From Ascidiella aspersa (lineage: Eukaryota): 64,000 nt of DNA. The DNA is taken from the NCBI GenBank assembly GCA_963924565.1, contig OZ004614.1, positions 7,812,001 through 7,876,000 of the forward strand, in the 5' to 3' direction. The first letter of the stretch is position 1, and each line of letters starts with the position of its first letter. Under the pieces are notes generated by a model. That model was not told where the DNA came from and ran no database searches. It saw only the letters and a list, made by a program, of their open reading frames with translations. The translations under genes were made by a program, and so were the position numbers. This document shows, in pieces, positions 12,124 through 24,931 of this stretch.

Positions 12124-14089
12124 TTAACTTTTGAATGCCATCCTGTATTTTTTCGAAGTGATAAACTCTTCCTTGTATTTTTTGTGTGTATAAACTATGC
12201 CCGATCTCGCGCGCTCTATGCATAGACTCGTTTCGAACGTAATTGTGTTGAGGTATGCGCGCGTAATTTGGCTTGCCAAAATGTGTTTTCCTTTCAAGAA
12301 TAATTTTCCAATTCTATGTACTGTCCCGCGCAATAAAACACTTATATAAGTCATTCAAAAAAACGAGGGTCGGACATATTTGTAAGTATAGACCAGCGGT
12401 CCCCAAACTGGGGTTCGCGGACCAACTGGGGTCCGTAAGTTTTTAACTTTGAGCTTTAGGGAAACTTTATCTGGCTTCATTTTTAGTCTTTATTTATGCT
12501 TTATTATTCGATAATATAGCGTGTTTGTTGATGTCTCTTGTGGCATCATAAAGCATCTATTATGGCTTATGCTGTACTACCACCTGCTATTAGCGAATCG
12601 TTCGCATTCATTAGAAAGTTGTTACGTTAGAAAGTGTACTAAAAGAATCATGGGTAAACTGACCCTTGAATTTTTATAGGGCCGCAAAATATTAAAATAA
12701 TTGCCAAGGGTCTGCCAGGCAAAATTTTTAACGAGTTACAAATTTTATTTTTTAAAACGCTTTAATGTTTTTTTGTCAAATTGACTTGATCTCGTAATGA
12801 CTTGACTGGGATTTGACTTGTTATTTGTAGGAAAAGACTTTACTTGGACTGGAGTTATTTTTGACATGACTTGTCTTGGACTTCAATGTGACTTGTTTAC
12901 AACACTTGTCGCATTATCACATTCAAGTAAAGCAACAGCTTTTGTCGACTTACAGTTGAAAAACTATGCTTGGTATTTATAACCAACAAAGAGTGCGTTT
13001 TAGTACATGTGGCATGTGTTTATTCATATACATAAACAACAACAACATCAAATACACTTACTTGAATTTAAAGGAAATAGCCTACCATTTACCCCGCACC
13101 AGTACGGTATGTCGTTTACTGTATTTCGATTACGTTGAAACCTTCAAATTAAAACACGTTTGTTTCTCTCAGTTATTCGAGCCATACGGCCGCATGGTGC
13201 AATGAACAAATGCAGGAATGCCACGTAAGGGCGAGGAGATATATCCTGTTTATAAACACGAATAAAGGGTTATCATATTTACAACAAACGCACAAGTTCA
13301 TTTGAAAAGGGTGGGTGAAAGACTAGAATAGAAAAATTGTTCACGAAGCTAGCGAAATAAACAGTTACCTGGTTCTGAAGTCTCGTTGCAGAATTTCGGC
13401 TCGGGAAGAAATCGTGATTTGCTGCTATTGACGTCATCATGATAGTAGCCCGAGGGGGCGTACCAGTCCGAAGACACCCCTTCGAATTAAGTTGTTTGAT
13501 GAAATCATTGGCAAATTGAACATTATGAGTTTCCGCCATTTTTTAAAAAACAATGGTTAAACTAAGCTGCACACTTTTGACTTTCAAATTTGGGTAAAAC
13601 TTGCATATTGAAGTGTCGGGTTTTTGAAAACGCTGCGTCAGTTTAACCTTTAAATTATTTTTTCAACAATGAGGCTTTTTGTTATAGGAGTTCAAACAAC
13701 CATAGTTTATTTGTAAATACAACATACACACAATCATACACATACACACATAGCGGCTATACTTACCCCAGCCCCAAATACCAATCAGAAGCAAAATCAC
13801 GAAAAAAAGCGAAGCCATCCACGCCATAACGTCTTGGCGCCATGGAGAACCTGCAAAAAGTAGAAAATTATAATTTTTCATAATGTTTAAAGAAACTGGC
13901 TATTATCTTTAGCCGCACGATTTTATTTTCGAATCAAGCGTTGATGTTCATACATCTGAGGTGAGGTTTAAATAACAGAATTTATTTACTTTTTTTGATC
14001 TTCGTAGGTTTTCTGTCGTCTTCTATCGTTGCTGTTGTTATAACTTCTCCATGGCTTTCGCGATTCTCGTTTAATTGTGTCGTCGACAT
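12124..14089 (-). CDS. Uncharacterised single-pass (type II-like) membrane protein, spliced; 3' structure uncertain
   Basis: Phase-consistent GT-AG exons at 14089-13990, 13850-13767 (hydrophobic VMAWMASLFFVILLLIGIWGWG), 13479-13369 and 13245-13169 (stop; 123 aa). An alternative model continues 13245-13188, 13141-13086 and 12320-12124 (201 aa) and needs a 46-nt intron. I recognise no homology. Confidence 0.55.
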
Positions 14090-14406
14090 TTCAGGAACAT
14101 TAACTTGTATCACAATACAATTTTGCACAAATCCTGTAATTGTAAAGTGACTAGCATTTATTTTTCCGTCAACTTTAAGACATCCGCACACCAAATCCTT
14201 GAATACACATTGCACAGTTTGTTCTCGCCATGCTCCGTTGCTGCCTAAACGTTGTGGCCCCAGTCAACAAACTTGTAATGACTCAAGTCATTGTTTTGAG
14301 TGTATTTAAGTCATTGTTTTCAAATGAATTGACATTTTTTTGTCAAATATTTTGGGATTAGCCTACATTAAATGTTTTTTATTAAAATTTATCTCTATGT
14401 TGCAAG

Positions 14407-15231
14407 TGTGGTGGCAGTGGCCATTTTTAGATGTTTAATTAATCGTTTTAAGTAATTAACGAATAACAAAAACATGCGCCCCTTTATTATTTCTTGTCTA
14501 ATTATCAAAATTGTCATAACGCATCCTTACCAAAAACATCCTGTTGTATATTTATCAAATATTTTATGATTTGTCATTTTTTTTTACGCCTTTTACCAAA
14601 CCCTCGCTGTCATTCTGAGAACAAAGCATTCGGCTGTTTCACACATGATAAATGTTATATCGTGACGCATATCCTTCCTTATATTGTACTAAAATGTGTG
14701 ACCTTAAAAATCGCCGCTTTGAGAATTGGCACATTAGCCGCATCTCAAAACAATGATTGAAATTGTGTTTACAGTTAGAAGCCGCTTTTCGTGTACTAAT
14801 ATGGACAGATTCTAACTTCCTTGTAGGAGATAAGTTGAGAGAGAAAGGCGATAAGCCAACACCCGTGTGACGAAATTACTATTAGATAATGTAACAATTG
14901 CCGTGTCATTGCTGCGTCATAATCTTTTTCTCGCACAGAAAATTTCTCTTCTAAGTTTTGTGTATAAAAAGGATTGCTTACAAAAATAAAATGTCCAGTA
15001 ATCAGGATCAATTTACAAGTTGTTCTGCTGTTGAACCAATCCAGTCTTGTCTAGCCAATACAGTGAGTGGTTGTGTTGCTTGCCGGCTTCTGGCTGGCCA
15101 GCTCAACACCAGCCAACACAAACTTTGTGGATTTGTAATCAGACAACAGCAATACTTATTGAAGCAATAGCGAGGTTGATTGCCGAGGCAAATTAGTTCA
15201 ATGAGACTTGCAATTAAACACGCATGCCTCA
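14407..15231. mobile_element. Probable solo LTR (825 bp)
   Basis: Starts TGTGG and ends CCTCA (TG...CA), flanked by a 4-bp direct repeat CAAG. The paralogous site in unit B (~26068, TTGCAAGTTAAA) is empty. Confidence 0.7.
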
Positions 15232-15826
15232 CAAGTTAAATAATTTGATTACTATATATTGCGTTTGTGTTAGTTTTTAATTGAATTGATGTTCATAATC
15301 GGATGAGTTTGCCAAATTTAATTGGCATTTTGAACGAATAACAAGACAAATCTAAGTTTTTTCTTACATAAATTAAGTCCACGTCTAAGTTCAATTCTTT
15401 GCCATAGCAAGTCAGGCCAACCCCGTGATACACGAACAAAAAAATATAGCAACCAAACTACTACGCGTAAAAGTTGAATAATAACCCCATATATTATCCC
15501 AAAACATATTAAAGTAAATCACCTAATTTCGTATCTTGCCTATAAAATTAGTCGAAGTTAAGTTAAAGTCAAGCCATCATATTTTACACAAAAGTCTAAA
15601 GCCAAGCGATGTCATCTCAAAACAGATGCTCAAGTGCATTTAAGTCAAGTTGTAGTTATCCTGTAGCTCTTCAAAACCACATTCATGTTGTATTAGGCTA
15701 TATTAAGTACGCCTTTTTCTTGTGCCTGGTCTTCTCGCCTCCCCTTTAGTATGCGACCTTCTGTGATGGAATAAACTAATAAGCTAACCGTGCAATGAGT
15801 TCAAAAGTCCTTTACTTGCTCTTAAA

Positions 15827-16596
15827 CAGGGTTGCCAGCGAAAGTTTATGATAAAACTAGACTATAAATAAAAAACATAGACCTTTGCAGAAAAAAACCT
15901 AGAATACATGCTTGTTGTTTTATTTTAAATTATTTCTCGCTTTTCATCTTCCTAATGTAAACTATGAAGTACTTGCACCATTTATTTGGCATCACTTCCT
16001 TTATATATACATTAATTAACTTCGTAAACCTCACATAACTACTTTAAGTACAGGGCCTCTTATTCTTGCCCATTGTTTAAATATAACTTTCATCCACTAG
16101 CCTAGAACCTTTAAATCGCTAAACGTTTTCCGTTGTCTTGCAAAACTCATTTTGGCTAGTAAGAAATAGTAAGTGAGTATCTTTAATTAAAAACTATGAC
16201 AGATAAACATAGGAAAAATAGTTAAACAACTGACGAAAAACATGTCTAATATACTACTAGCTGGCAAAAAGTGTCGCCAAAGGAAATAAATGTCTTTAGA
16301 AAATAATTGAATTTATTCCCAAATTAACAACATAACTAATTTAAAAAATTTAACTGTCGAATACAGAGCTATAAGGTTTAGTACAAGCTTTTTACTACCG
16401 GAAATACAATTTTAACTTGAAAAGATATTTAAAATGCTGTCATTCATGTTCTTTAAAGCGGTATTTATTGTTTAATATTCTAGATAAATAGCTATTGCAA
16501 AACATCTGGTTTATTTCAAAGAAAAAAAAAACTAGAAATCTAGATGACCTCCAAAAAAACTAAATCTAGGTGAAAAACGTAGCACTGGCATCCCTG
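15827..16596. mobile_element. Non-autonomous hAT element (CAGGGTTGCCAG-type TIR)
   Basis: TIRs CAGGGTTGCCAG / CTGGCATCCCTG; TSD CTCTTAAA / CTGTTAAA. The truncated paralogous copy at ~26982 is preceded by CTGTTAAA. Confidence 0.8.
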
Positions 16597-18572
16597 CTGT
16601 TAAACACACAAGCCAAAAAAGTTTCCAAAGATCGTCAGGGAAACATGTTTGATTGTTGCAACAAACGACTGAATGATATTTTCAAGCGTGCAGACAACTG
16701 CTACAGTTCAACGAGAAATCGTGATTGCAATTACCATCGTAACCTATAGCTCAAAGTTCAGATTATTTCAAGCCCGCTGTCTTATGTTCTACCTTTCTCT
16801 CAACAAAATCGTGGTTTTACTGGTAAGTAAACTCTACATTGTCACCATTAGTTCTATTATTTCGTTTGTAAATTTCAGCCAGTAATATTACTAAGAATAT
16901 TTGGTTGAATAATAAAAGTTGTTTTAAAAGGATTCCAAGAACAAATTAGGTAAATTATTTGAGCATGCAGTTAGCCTATTTTGCAATACCATTATTATAT
17001 ATGTCAACTCTCAGAGCAGCTTTATTTTATTGAAAATTTTTTCGCAGTAAAAGTTTTTTTTTACTTTTTAGTAAAGCTAAAGTTGTTAACTCATTGAATC
17101 ACTGTTGTCAAAAAATTGAAGCGTCTATTAATTAGCCTGCGTGTCTTAAACATTCGGTGCATCAACTGTAGTAAATAGATAAATCCGAGTTAGGCGAGGC
17201 CCCCAAATATAAAGAAAACTTTATTTACTTTCTAATTTTATTTAGTGGGTCTCGCTTGTCTTTGTCTTCTTTATTCTGCTGCGGACTGGTGTGGAAAATG
17301 GTTTCATGGCGGGGGGAGCAGGTGTTTTATTGTGTTTTTTAGTTTTCCATTGGAACAATTTATTTTTTTAACCCAGTACTCACCCAAACCTGTGCTTGAA
17401 TTAAGGGAGACATTGTAGAATGAGACTATAGAGACACGTCGTCGTCAATTAAATATATCACAGTGCTATTAGCTTAAAGAAACAAAGAGAATTTACCTGC
17501 TACATAAAGTTATTATAGATGCTTTTGTTGGCACTTCGGCAATCATTAGTTAGACCCAACAAATTTATTTGTTTGTTTCATTTATTTTTTTTTTCGATAA
17601 ATGATATAGTGCGCCTTCAAATTAAATAAAAAGTTCCAAGTTTAAATCGATAGGGAAAATGACAATAGTGAATTATGCTCTGGGCCTATTGGGTTTAATA
17701 TTTTAGGCAAAAGTTAGAAAGCAACTTTAAAAAATCTTTGATGTATTTTGTGCAGATGCTGTTGCTGGTAAGGACCACTCCCTTTCTTCAACATTAAACA
17801 CAAACACACTGTAATAGAAGCTACGTTTAAAATTTATAATGATGTTTCCTGTCGCCACAATCGCTCTTTCAATCGCGTCTTGCAATGATGTTTTCGCGAA
17901 AGGTGACAGAATACCGCTTCACATGACGTAGTAATTGTATCCAGTTTCACAAGGAAACGGAAATTATCGACAATAGAGAAAAAAGCCGTAATTTGCTACC
18001 AACAGTAAAATGTAGCCATATCACCAACAGAGCATACTTTTCTCTGTTACAGAGGTATTTGTGATTAAGCTTGCAACCAAATAACGAAAATTGTTTAGTA
18101 ATAACTAGAATTAGCAAAACACCCGCTCAACTAACAAGGTGTTTTTAAAACGTCATAATTGGTTGATTGCCGTACTTCTCTTATTCAAAAACTGAAAACA
18201 AATGGCACTGTAGAAAAACTTTCGCACAATCGTGCTTTATCAGGTCAGAGAATAATTGCTAAAGTAGTACAGACTACAAAGGTTTAGCGACAAGCAGCGC
18301 TGTTTTATGATTGCTTTGGTGTTGGAAATAATTCTGCATTTACATTTTTTAATAAGTTCGCTAATATTAGAACTACGTAGTTGGGTTCAGCGGCAATATG
18401 CAGATAACGAGCTCTGAAAAGCAAGATAGAGTAATTGCAGCTGTCGGTAAACTTAGTTGTGCAGCTAAGTATATTTATCATATAAATAAAACATCACCAA
18501 AAAACGCCGTCCAGTTTTCCTTTTTGTTTTGTTTAAAAATAGCAGAAGTTTCGTAACCGGTTAAATGCAAAG

Positions 18573-21500
18573 ATGCTGAAGGAAGATCTCCATGTCGTCA
18601 ACCTTGCTTGCGTCCTGCTTGTCGGCTTTGTGTGCCGGTTCTTTGAAATCAAACGGAACTTGAACTTGGTGCTTTCGGCCACCGGTGTTATCACGATCGT
18701 CTTGGTTTGCGGCATGGATTCAATCTACTTCGTAGTTCTCTTGGTCTGTGGATGCGCCATCATTAAAAGTCAATTTCTGCTGTAAGTTATTTTTTAAACT
18801 GCTAGTCATTTTACCTAATTGTTTTTGACGTTATGGCCCCCGATATAATTTTAATAATATATATATATATATATATATAATAGTGCTGAGACTACGTAAC
18901 ACGAGCGAATATGCGTAAATTATACACATTTCCCAAGAACTGTGGCTACATATTTGCTCCAAAATTATTTATTTTATGAAGTTTTATTTAAATTTAGCCC
19001 ACGAACGAACACAAAAATTCTTTGTTTCAACACTATAAATTGCATTCATTGTGATGGTTGTGTCTGCATGGTGTCCACCAGTTTTTGTTTTTTTTCGATT
19101 TAAGTTTTTTTGTGTTTAATATGCCCATTGCGTTTAATTTCGTTAAATAAAGCCGTGTGATTAAAAACGTAAAGAGTATAGTTAAGTCACAAAAATGGAC
19201 GAGTCTGGTAAGGTATTTGTTTCGGGGCGGGCCAGGGGCATGGAAAGTTCTTCTTGGAAGACGTCACAAAATTACATTCAAACATAATGTTATTATTAGG
19301 TAACCTTAAGAACATCAAGCGGTTCGTTTAATTTGGTAAAAGTTTGAGAGTGAAGTTGGAGACGTGTTACACTTTCAATACAAAACTTTCAATCTAAAAA
19401 TTCTAATGTATCCTAGCTTTTTACAAATCGTAATTTTATGGGTAGCGGCACTTCTCAGAGATAATAAATAGATGGCGATAATAAATAGACCCTACGAGAA
19501 GTTTCATTAAATAATTTACTATACTTGCGCAATAAACAGAACTGGAAGAACACGCATCAAGTCTACACAATGTAGGAAAACATAATTTGATATTTTGTCC
19601 CCTAATCGTACACAAAAGTTATAAGAGGCTTATCAATTTTTGCCACGCCACCCCGGTTTGGAACCCTTGATTTAAGATGTTGTTATTGTTTTCTTTATAT
19701 AGGACGAAAAGTCCGCGTGTGATGTTCATGTTTGCACTAACGTTCCAAACGTTCTTCAATGCCTCAGCTTATTTTGGACTTCGTTACAGCGAAATAAGCA
19801 TTGCTGATGCTCTATTGTTTTTGGCTTCAATGAAGGTATGTGAAAGTGCATCAAAATCAAACATAAAACCAATACCAGGCGGTTTTGGTTAACAAATGTT
19901 GCTATACCTAATTTTGATCGTCTATCTACACGCTTCCAACCATTAAATTCATTCTGGCCACTATTGGTGAGTCTGTACGCAATGAAATGTTGATGAAAGT
20001 CCGTTATGCATTTTCAGTTAAACTTTGGCGACTTAAAAGTGGACCGCAGCCCTTGATCCATAACCGCATGCTATTCGCGTAACATCACGTATTAATTAGA
20101 TCGTCATCGTGTCTTACGAAATCTGCGACATGAGAACTTGCGCAGGCGTGAAAAGGTTTCCCGAGAAACATCATTTTGGAGTACTTACACTGGACAAGGA
20201 GCCGACCGTTGTGGAGATATGTTGCTATATGACTTGCATATTGGGCCTGTTCACAGGTTTGTTTTTCCAGTTTTTAAACCTTTCTAAAAATGTCTTACTT
20301 GTTATTATCTGCCATATTTATCTGACACGCCCTTTTACACTTTGCTGCATGTAGGCGTATTTCGATGTTTTTTTCTGCATTTTATAATATAGGCCTAAAA
20401 ATGTATTGTATTATTTGTTCACACTTTTGGCTTCCTAATATCCTGGTATGTTGAATGAAGTATCGTTGTAAAACTACAACATTAATAGATTGTTTTCCGT
20501 CTTTTCAGGTCCACTTTTTAAGTTTCGAACCTACGATGATATGCTACGAACTCCATATAGATCTGTCAAGCATGCCCTTGGCCGGTACATACTACAAACT
20601 GGCGGAATCTTTGTGGTTTACGTTGTTATAATAGGTTTGTTCGACTTAAACTACTATGCAACCTATGGGTACAATTCGAATCCATTTTATATCAGGTAAG
20701 AAAGATTTCTCTGCATTTTGGAGTTGGTGTAGGCTACGTAGTGGAAATTGCAGTAATTTTGTTCGTCGATTAACCGGCATTAAATATGGTACATTTACTG
20801 GGATTGTCTATTTTTAACTACTGTATAGCAAAGAGTGGTTTGTTTTAAGTTACTATCAATATTGACGTTAATGCCTTATGCCTTGTGAATATTGCCTTTT
20901 CTAACGCCCAAGGGTGCCAAGTGATAATTCAAATTCGTTAGATTCCGATTTTTGACACAAATTTTGGTGTACGATTAAAATGCAAGAAATTAAAAATGTT
21001 CTTTTCTTCGTTTCACAGTTGGTGTGTGTTCGTCGATTCGGTTTGTTGTAACATTATAAAAAAATTAAGCTAAAGGCATATTAACCTATTTGGCTCGAAC
21101 TATACGTGATGTTATAGGCCTAGTAGAGTGTCTTAAGCTCAAAAAGGATGTGAACCACTGCCATAGCATGTACACAAAATATTATTTGTTTGAATTTGGT
21201 AAATTATGGGGATTGTACAAAACAATTTAAGATAATACATTTTTAAAGTAAACTCATTTACGTTCCTCAATTTACTTGCAGATTTCTGCACGTGTATCCT
21301 TTGGGCATAGCTTTCCGGTTGAAGTACTTTGTTGTATGGTACGTTGCTGAGATATCCATGATTTTGGTGGGTTTAGGAATGTACCCGAGCGAGTGTCAGT
21401 CTAAGGTCGGCCAAGGTCCAAACTTGGCGGCACAGTCTAGGTAAGTCCCACATAAGGACAGGCGGCAATACTTTTGGTCTGCTTGTTCAAAAATCCTTTT

Positions 21501-24500
21501 GTAATTAACTTATTTTAGTTTTTAATCAATTACATTTCTGTATTTATGACATTCACATTTCACACTGCGATAGAACGTCGTTAAGCAAGTGTTCACACAC
21601 TTAGGCTCACCGACATAGGAGGTGGTTTAATGGGACAGAGGTCATAGCCCTCCCTAAAACTACATGTTTTGCCTATTTGACTAGCCTATACTTAAATATA
21701 AATATTTTATTTGTTATAACATTCAGTTGCGTATTGCGCATAAGTTCGACCTCGTACGCCAGGTTTGTTATGTTTTATTACGCAAAAAATTATGTAATTT
21801 TGACGTCATCTTTAAAAATGTATTTCTCCCCTCAATAAACATCCTAGATCCGCCCCTGCAACGGGTAATGTTATAACACTAAGTTGTGATTAAATGTCAT
21901 ACCTATATTACAATTTCGACAAACCTTTACGAAGTCAGCTAGGTCTTAGGCTAAATGAGTCAAATATACTTTTATTTTCATTGGTAGTATGGATGACGAC
22001 TGTGTGGACTCGAATTTTAGATCAAACAAACGCTTTTTTTTCGCCCTTTGCGCCAACACTTTACTGCCTTCTTAAATTTAATTAAACACGTCTTCACGTG
22101 CAAAAATTCGAAACCCGCCTGATTCACAGTTGTTCTAATATTTTAATAACACAAATCTTAGTTCATTTTTTGTGCGGCCCGCAGATACCTTTTTGAGTTT
22201 GGTTTAGGCCCGCGACTAGAAAAAGGTTGCCGACCACTGCCCTAGAGTACAAGCGCAAAAAATACTTTGCCTATAAGTTTGCAAAACTATGAATACGGAG
22301 CTTCGTGGTACAAACAGGACCTTTTATATGCAAAACGATTTCATTAAATCGGCTAACAGCCACGAAAAGACAAACAGGATTCGCGCGAAACGCGGAAAGT
22401 TTTGTTATTATCCTTGTTTAAAAAAAGCACAGTTTAAAAGGGGTCATGGCCGCGCGGAGTTTCAAAAAATTCAAGCCATGATAAAAAAAATAATAATTGC
22501 TTAGATTTATTTGCGAGCAAGATTACATTATCAAAAGATATGGCATCCTGAAAAGAGCCATAGGTTCCCGGTCTCTGCTTTATGGCTTAACAATCTACAT
22601 TATAGCTACGCTTATAGTGATGTTCAGTTGGCCGTTTATATACCGGGCCTATCCAGCTTCAGAAAGTTAGGATAAATTACATGTAAAATTTCGCTAAAGA
22701 TTTGCTATTTGCCTAACAATATTGAAACACGGCTCTAAAAATAAATGTTATTCGTTATTTAAAAACTTGAAGTGTGTCCAGCTCGCACAAAATAGTCTGA
22801 CGGGTCGCACGCGTGTGCTTGATACATTTGGTTTTAATCAACGTTTATGTTGGATTTGCAGGAATAAAACTTTACCTGTCGAGCAAGAGTTCGACTTTGA
22901 AACTATCCGGAATAACGATTTGCCAGTGGTCATTTTTGGTTCCTCTATGGGATATTCGTTGGCGCACTGGAACCGCAGCATACAATGGTGGTTGGTGCAG
23001 TTCGTCTATCGCAGCGACTTACTGCGAAAAAGCAAATCAAAATTGATGAGGTAAAGCGGCGAAACTGCTGGTGATTCGAAAAAAAATGTTCCTTTGCGCT
23101 ATCTTTACTTTAGCTAAGGTTTCAGTTGTGCGCGAGATTGTTTCTTTCGTGAGATATCTCCAATAATGCAATTTCCAAATCTGTAATTCTAGGTTTAATA
23201 TGACGCCCCTATTAGGTGTGCTATATTTTAAAACGCGAAATCCCTGACAAATTTACCGCGGCTGCATTGGCCAACTGCAGATCAGGGACCTTAAAAAAAA
23301 GTGACTTAACAATGAACAGTATTGCACTCGCGAGTTGCCCTCTGTAAATATTTGTGCAATTTATTGAACAGTGCAAAAATTTAAACAAATTTAGTTATAA
23401 TCAAATATTGATTTCGATAATGTGAATGTATTGGCAATATAATTTACACAGTACGATTAAATCTCGGTTATATAAGTAGATTTTGTCATTTCTCCCTGAC
23501 GCAGATTTAAACACTAAATTCCCCAAAATTTTAGGGAAAACCCTGACGTATGGCAACCCTACCCTAGCTTCGACCAAACGTTTTGTACTAATTAAAATTG
23601 GACAAAATAGGCGCAAATATAGGAAACACAGAACCACTGCAACGTTAAGACATAACACTAAATCAGTCGAGGGTGTAAATCATATTAAGTTTGACTTTGC
23701 ATTTTCGTTCGCAGGTTTATCGAAAACGCTACACGGCCTAATTTTTTTAAGTTTAATCATAACTTTAATCACTTCGTTTTAGTTCCGGACTAAACTTTAA
23801 CTAACGCGCCGAAACTTCCAATTTGTCGCGTTTAGTTTCTGTTAAAAAAACCTCGGCTGTTCTAATCGATTTTACTTTCCAGGACCACGCCAGTATTTTT
23901 GGTGAATTACTTGTGGCACGGGCCGAACTTCGCGCACTTCATAGTAATAGGCATATTTTCCTTCTTCATATACATGGACGATTATTGCATGCGTTTCGAG
24001 CGCCAACACATCAAAGGGTTTTGGAGAAAGAAAATATTTTTGGCGTAAGTAGGTAAATAATAAATTAAAATAACTAGAATATGAAGTTACTTGAACTAAC
24101 AGAAAGTGGCAAGCATTGGCGTACGGTTGGTTCTCGACTCGCTCTTCTCTGGGCCTGTTTAGCTATGTTGGTAGAGGGACGGTCCCGGTATGAACGGAAG
24201 TCGTGAGTTCGAACCTCACTGTAGGCTAGTTGTTTTTCTAGCCTGCATTGCTTGCATCATTGGTCGGCAGATTCGGTTAGTCTCCCATAGCTTACGGTGT
24301 ACTAAAATCACCTGCTACGGAAAATTCCACTTCGTAGGCTTATATTTTACTTAGCTTTTCTAATAAACTTAAAAAAACTGAAAGTTGTCCTCAATTTTGC
24401 CAAATTGCCATAGGAACGGTTGCACTTCATAAAACCAAAGTTATACCGATCACAATCGTGCATAATTTTTTTTTTAGGGTGTATTGGCTGTTTGTCAAAG

Positions 24501-24685
24501 AGCTTGTTATTGGATGCAGCGCGGTATCATTTAGCATGATGGACTATCAGATGATAGCCAACATGTACATGCAAACCTACTTCGCCGCTTTTCTTTTTCC
24601 AGTCGCTTTCACGGTCATGTGCAAGTTCGTCTCGATCACGCTCACGAAGAATCACGGACCAGACGTGAAACAGAAAGCCTTCTGA
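18573..24685 (+). CDS. MBOAT7: MBOAT7/LPIAT1-like lysophospholipid acyltransferase, intact copy A (8 exons, 467 aa)
   Basis: Exons at 18573-18781, 19703-19835, 20100-20256, 20509-20695, 21282-21440, 22862-23050, 23883-24044 and 24478-24685 total 1404 nt with no stop. Motifs GLFTGPLFKFRTY, FRLKYFVVW, G.G.YP, FDFETIRN, HWNRSIQWWLVQFVY and LWHG match recalled MBOAT7. C-terminal KQKAF fits a KxKxx ER-retrieval signal. Confidence 0.9.
24152..24335 (+). mobile_element. tRNA-derived SINE-like element (in MBOAT7-like intron 7)
   Basis: A-box-like TAGCTATGTTGG; T-arm GTGAG-TTCGAAC-CTCAC with B box; GCCTG/TAGGC acceptor-like pairing; no proper anticodon arm. A duplicate lies at 33275 and a degenerate copy at ~38293-38375. 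Confidence 0.7.
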
Positions 24686-24931
24686 TGACTAGCGTTATGT
24701 ATTTTTGGCAGTTAAAAAAACTTCCCATTTCCAAATGTTTTTATGATTCATATCTTTTACTTTTCGATTAACTTTAAGACATCCACACACCAATTCCTTA
24801 AATAGCTTAATCACAGCTGTAAGTAAGTTTCTGAAACATTCATACTCGTCGTGCTTCGTTGCTGCCTAAACGTTGTGGCCCCAGTTAACAAACCACGTAT
24901 TGTTTTGCGGGTCAATTCACAAAGCTAAAAT

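Noticed and set aside
20018-20056. TTTTCAG at 20017 as the MBOAT7-like exon 3 acceptor
   Set aside because: It hits an in-frame TGA after 12 codons; the acceptor at 20099 gives the MBOAT7-like reading.
24152-24228. Functional tRNA gene
   Set aside because: There is no canonical anticodon stem-loop, and it continues into a tail; a degenerate dispersed copy exists. This fits a SINE better.
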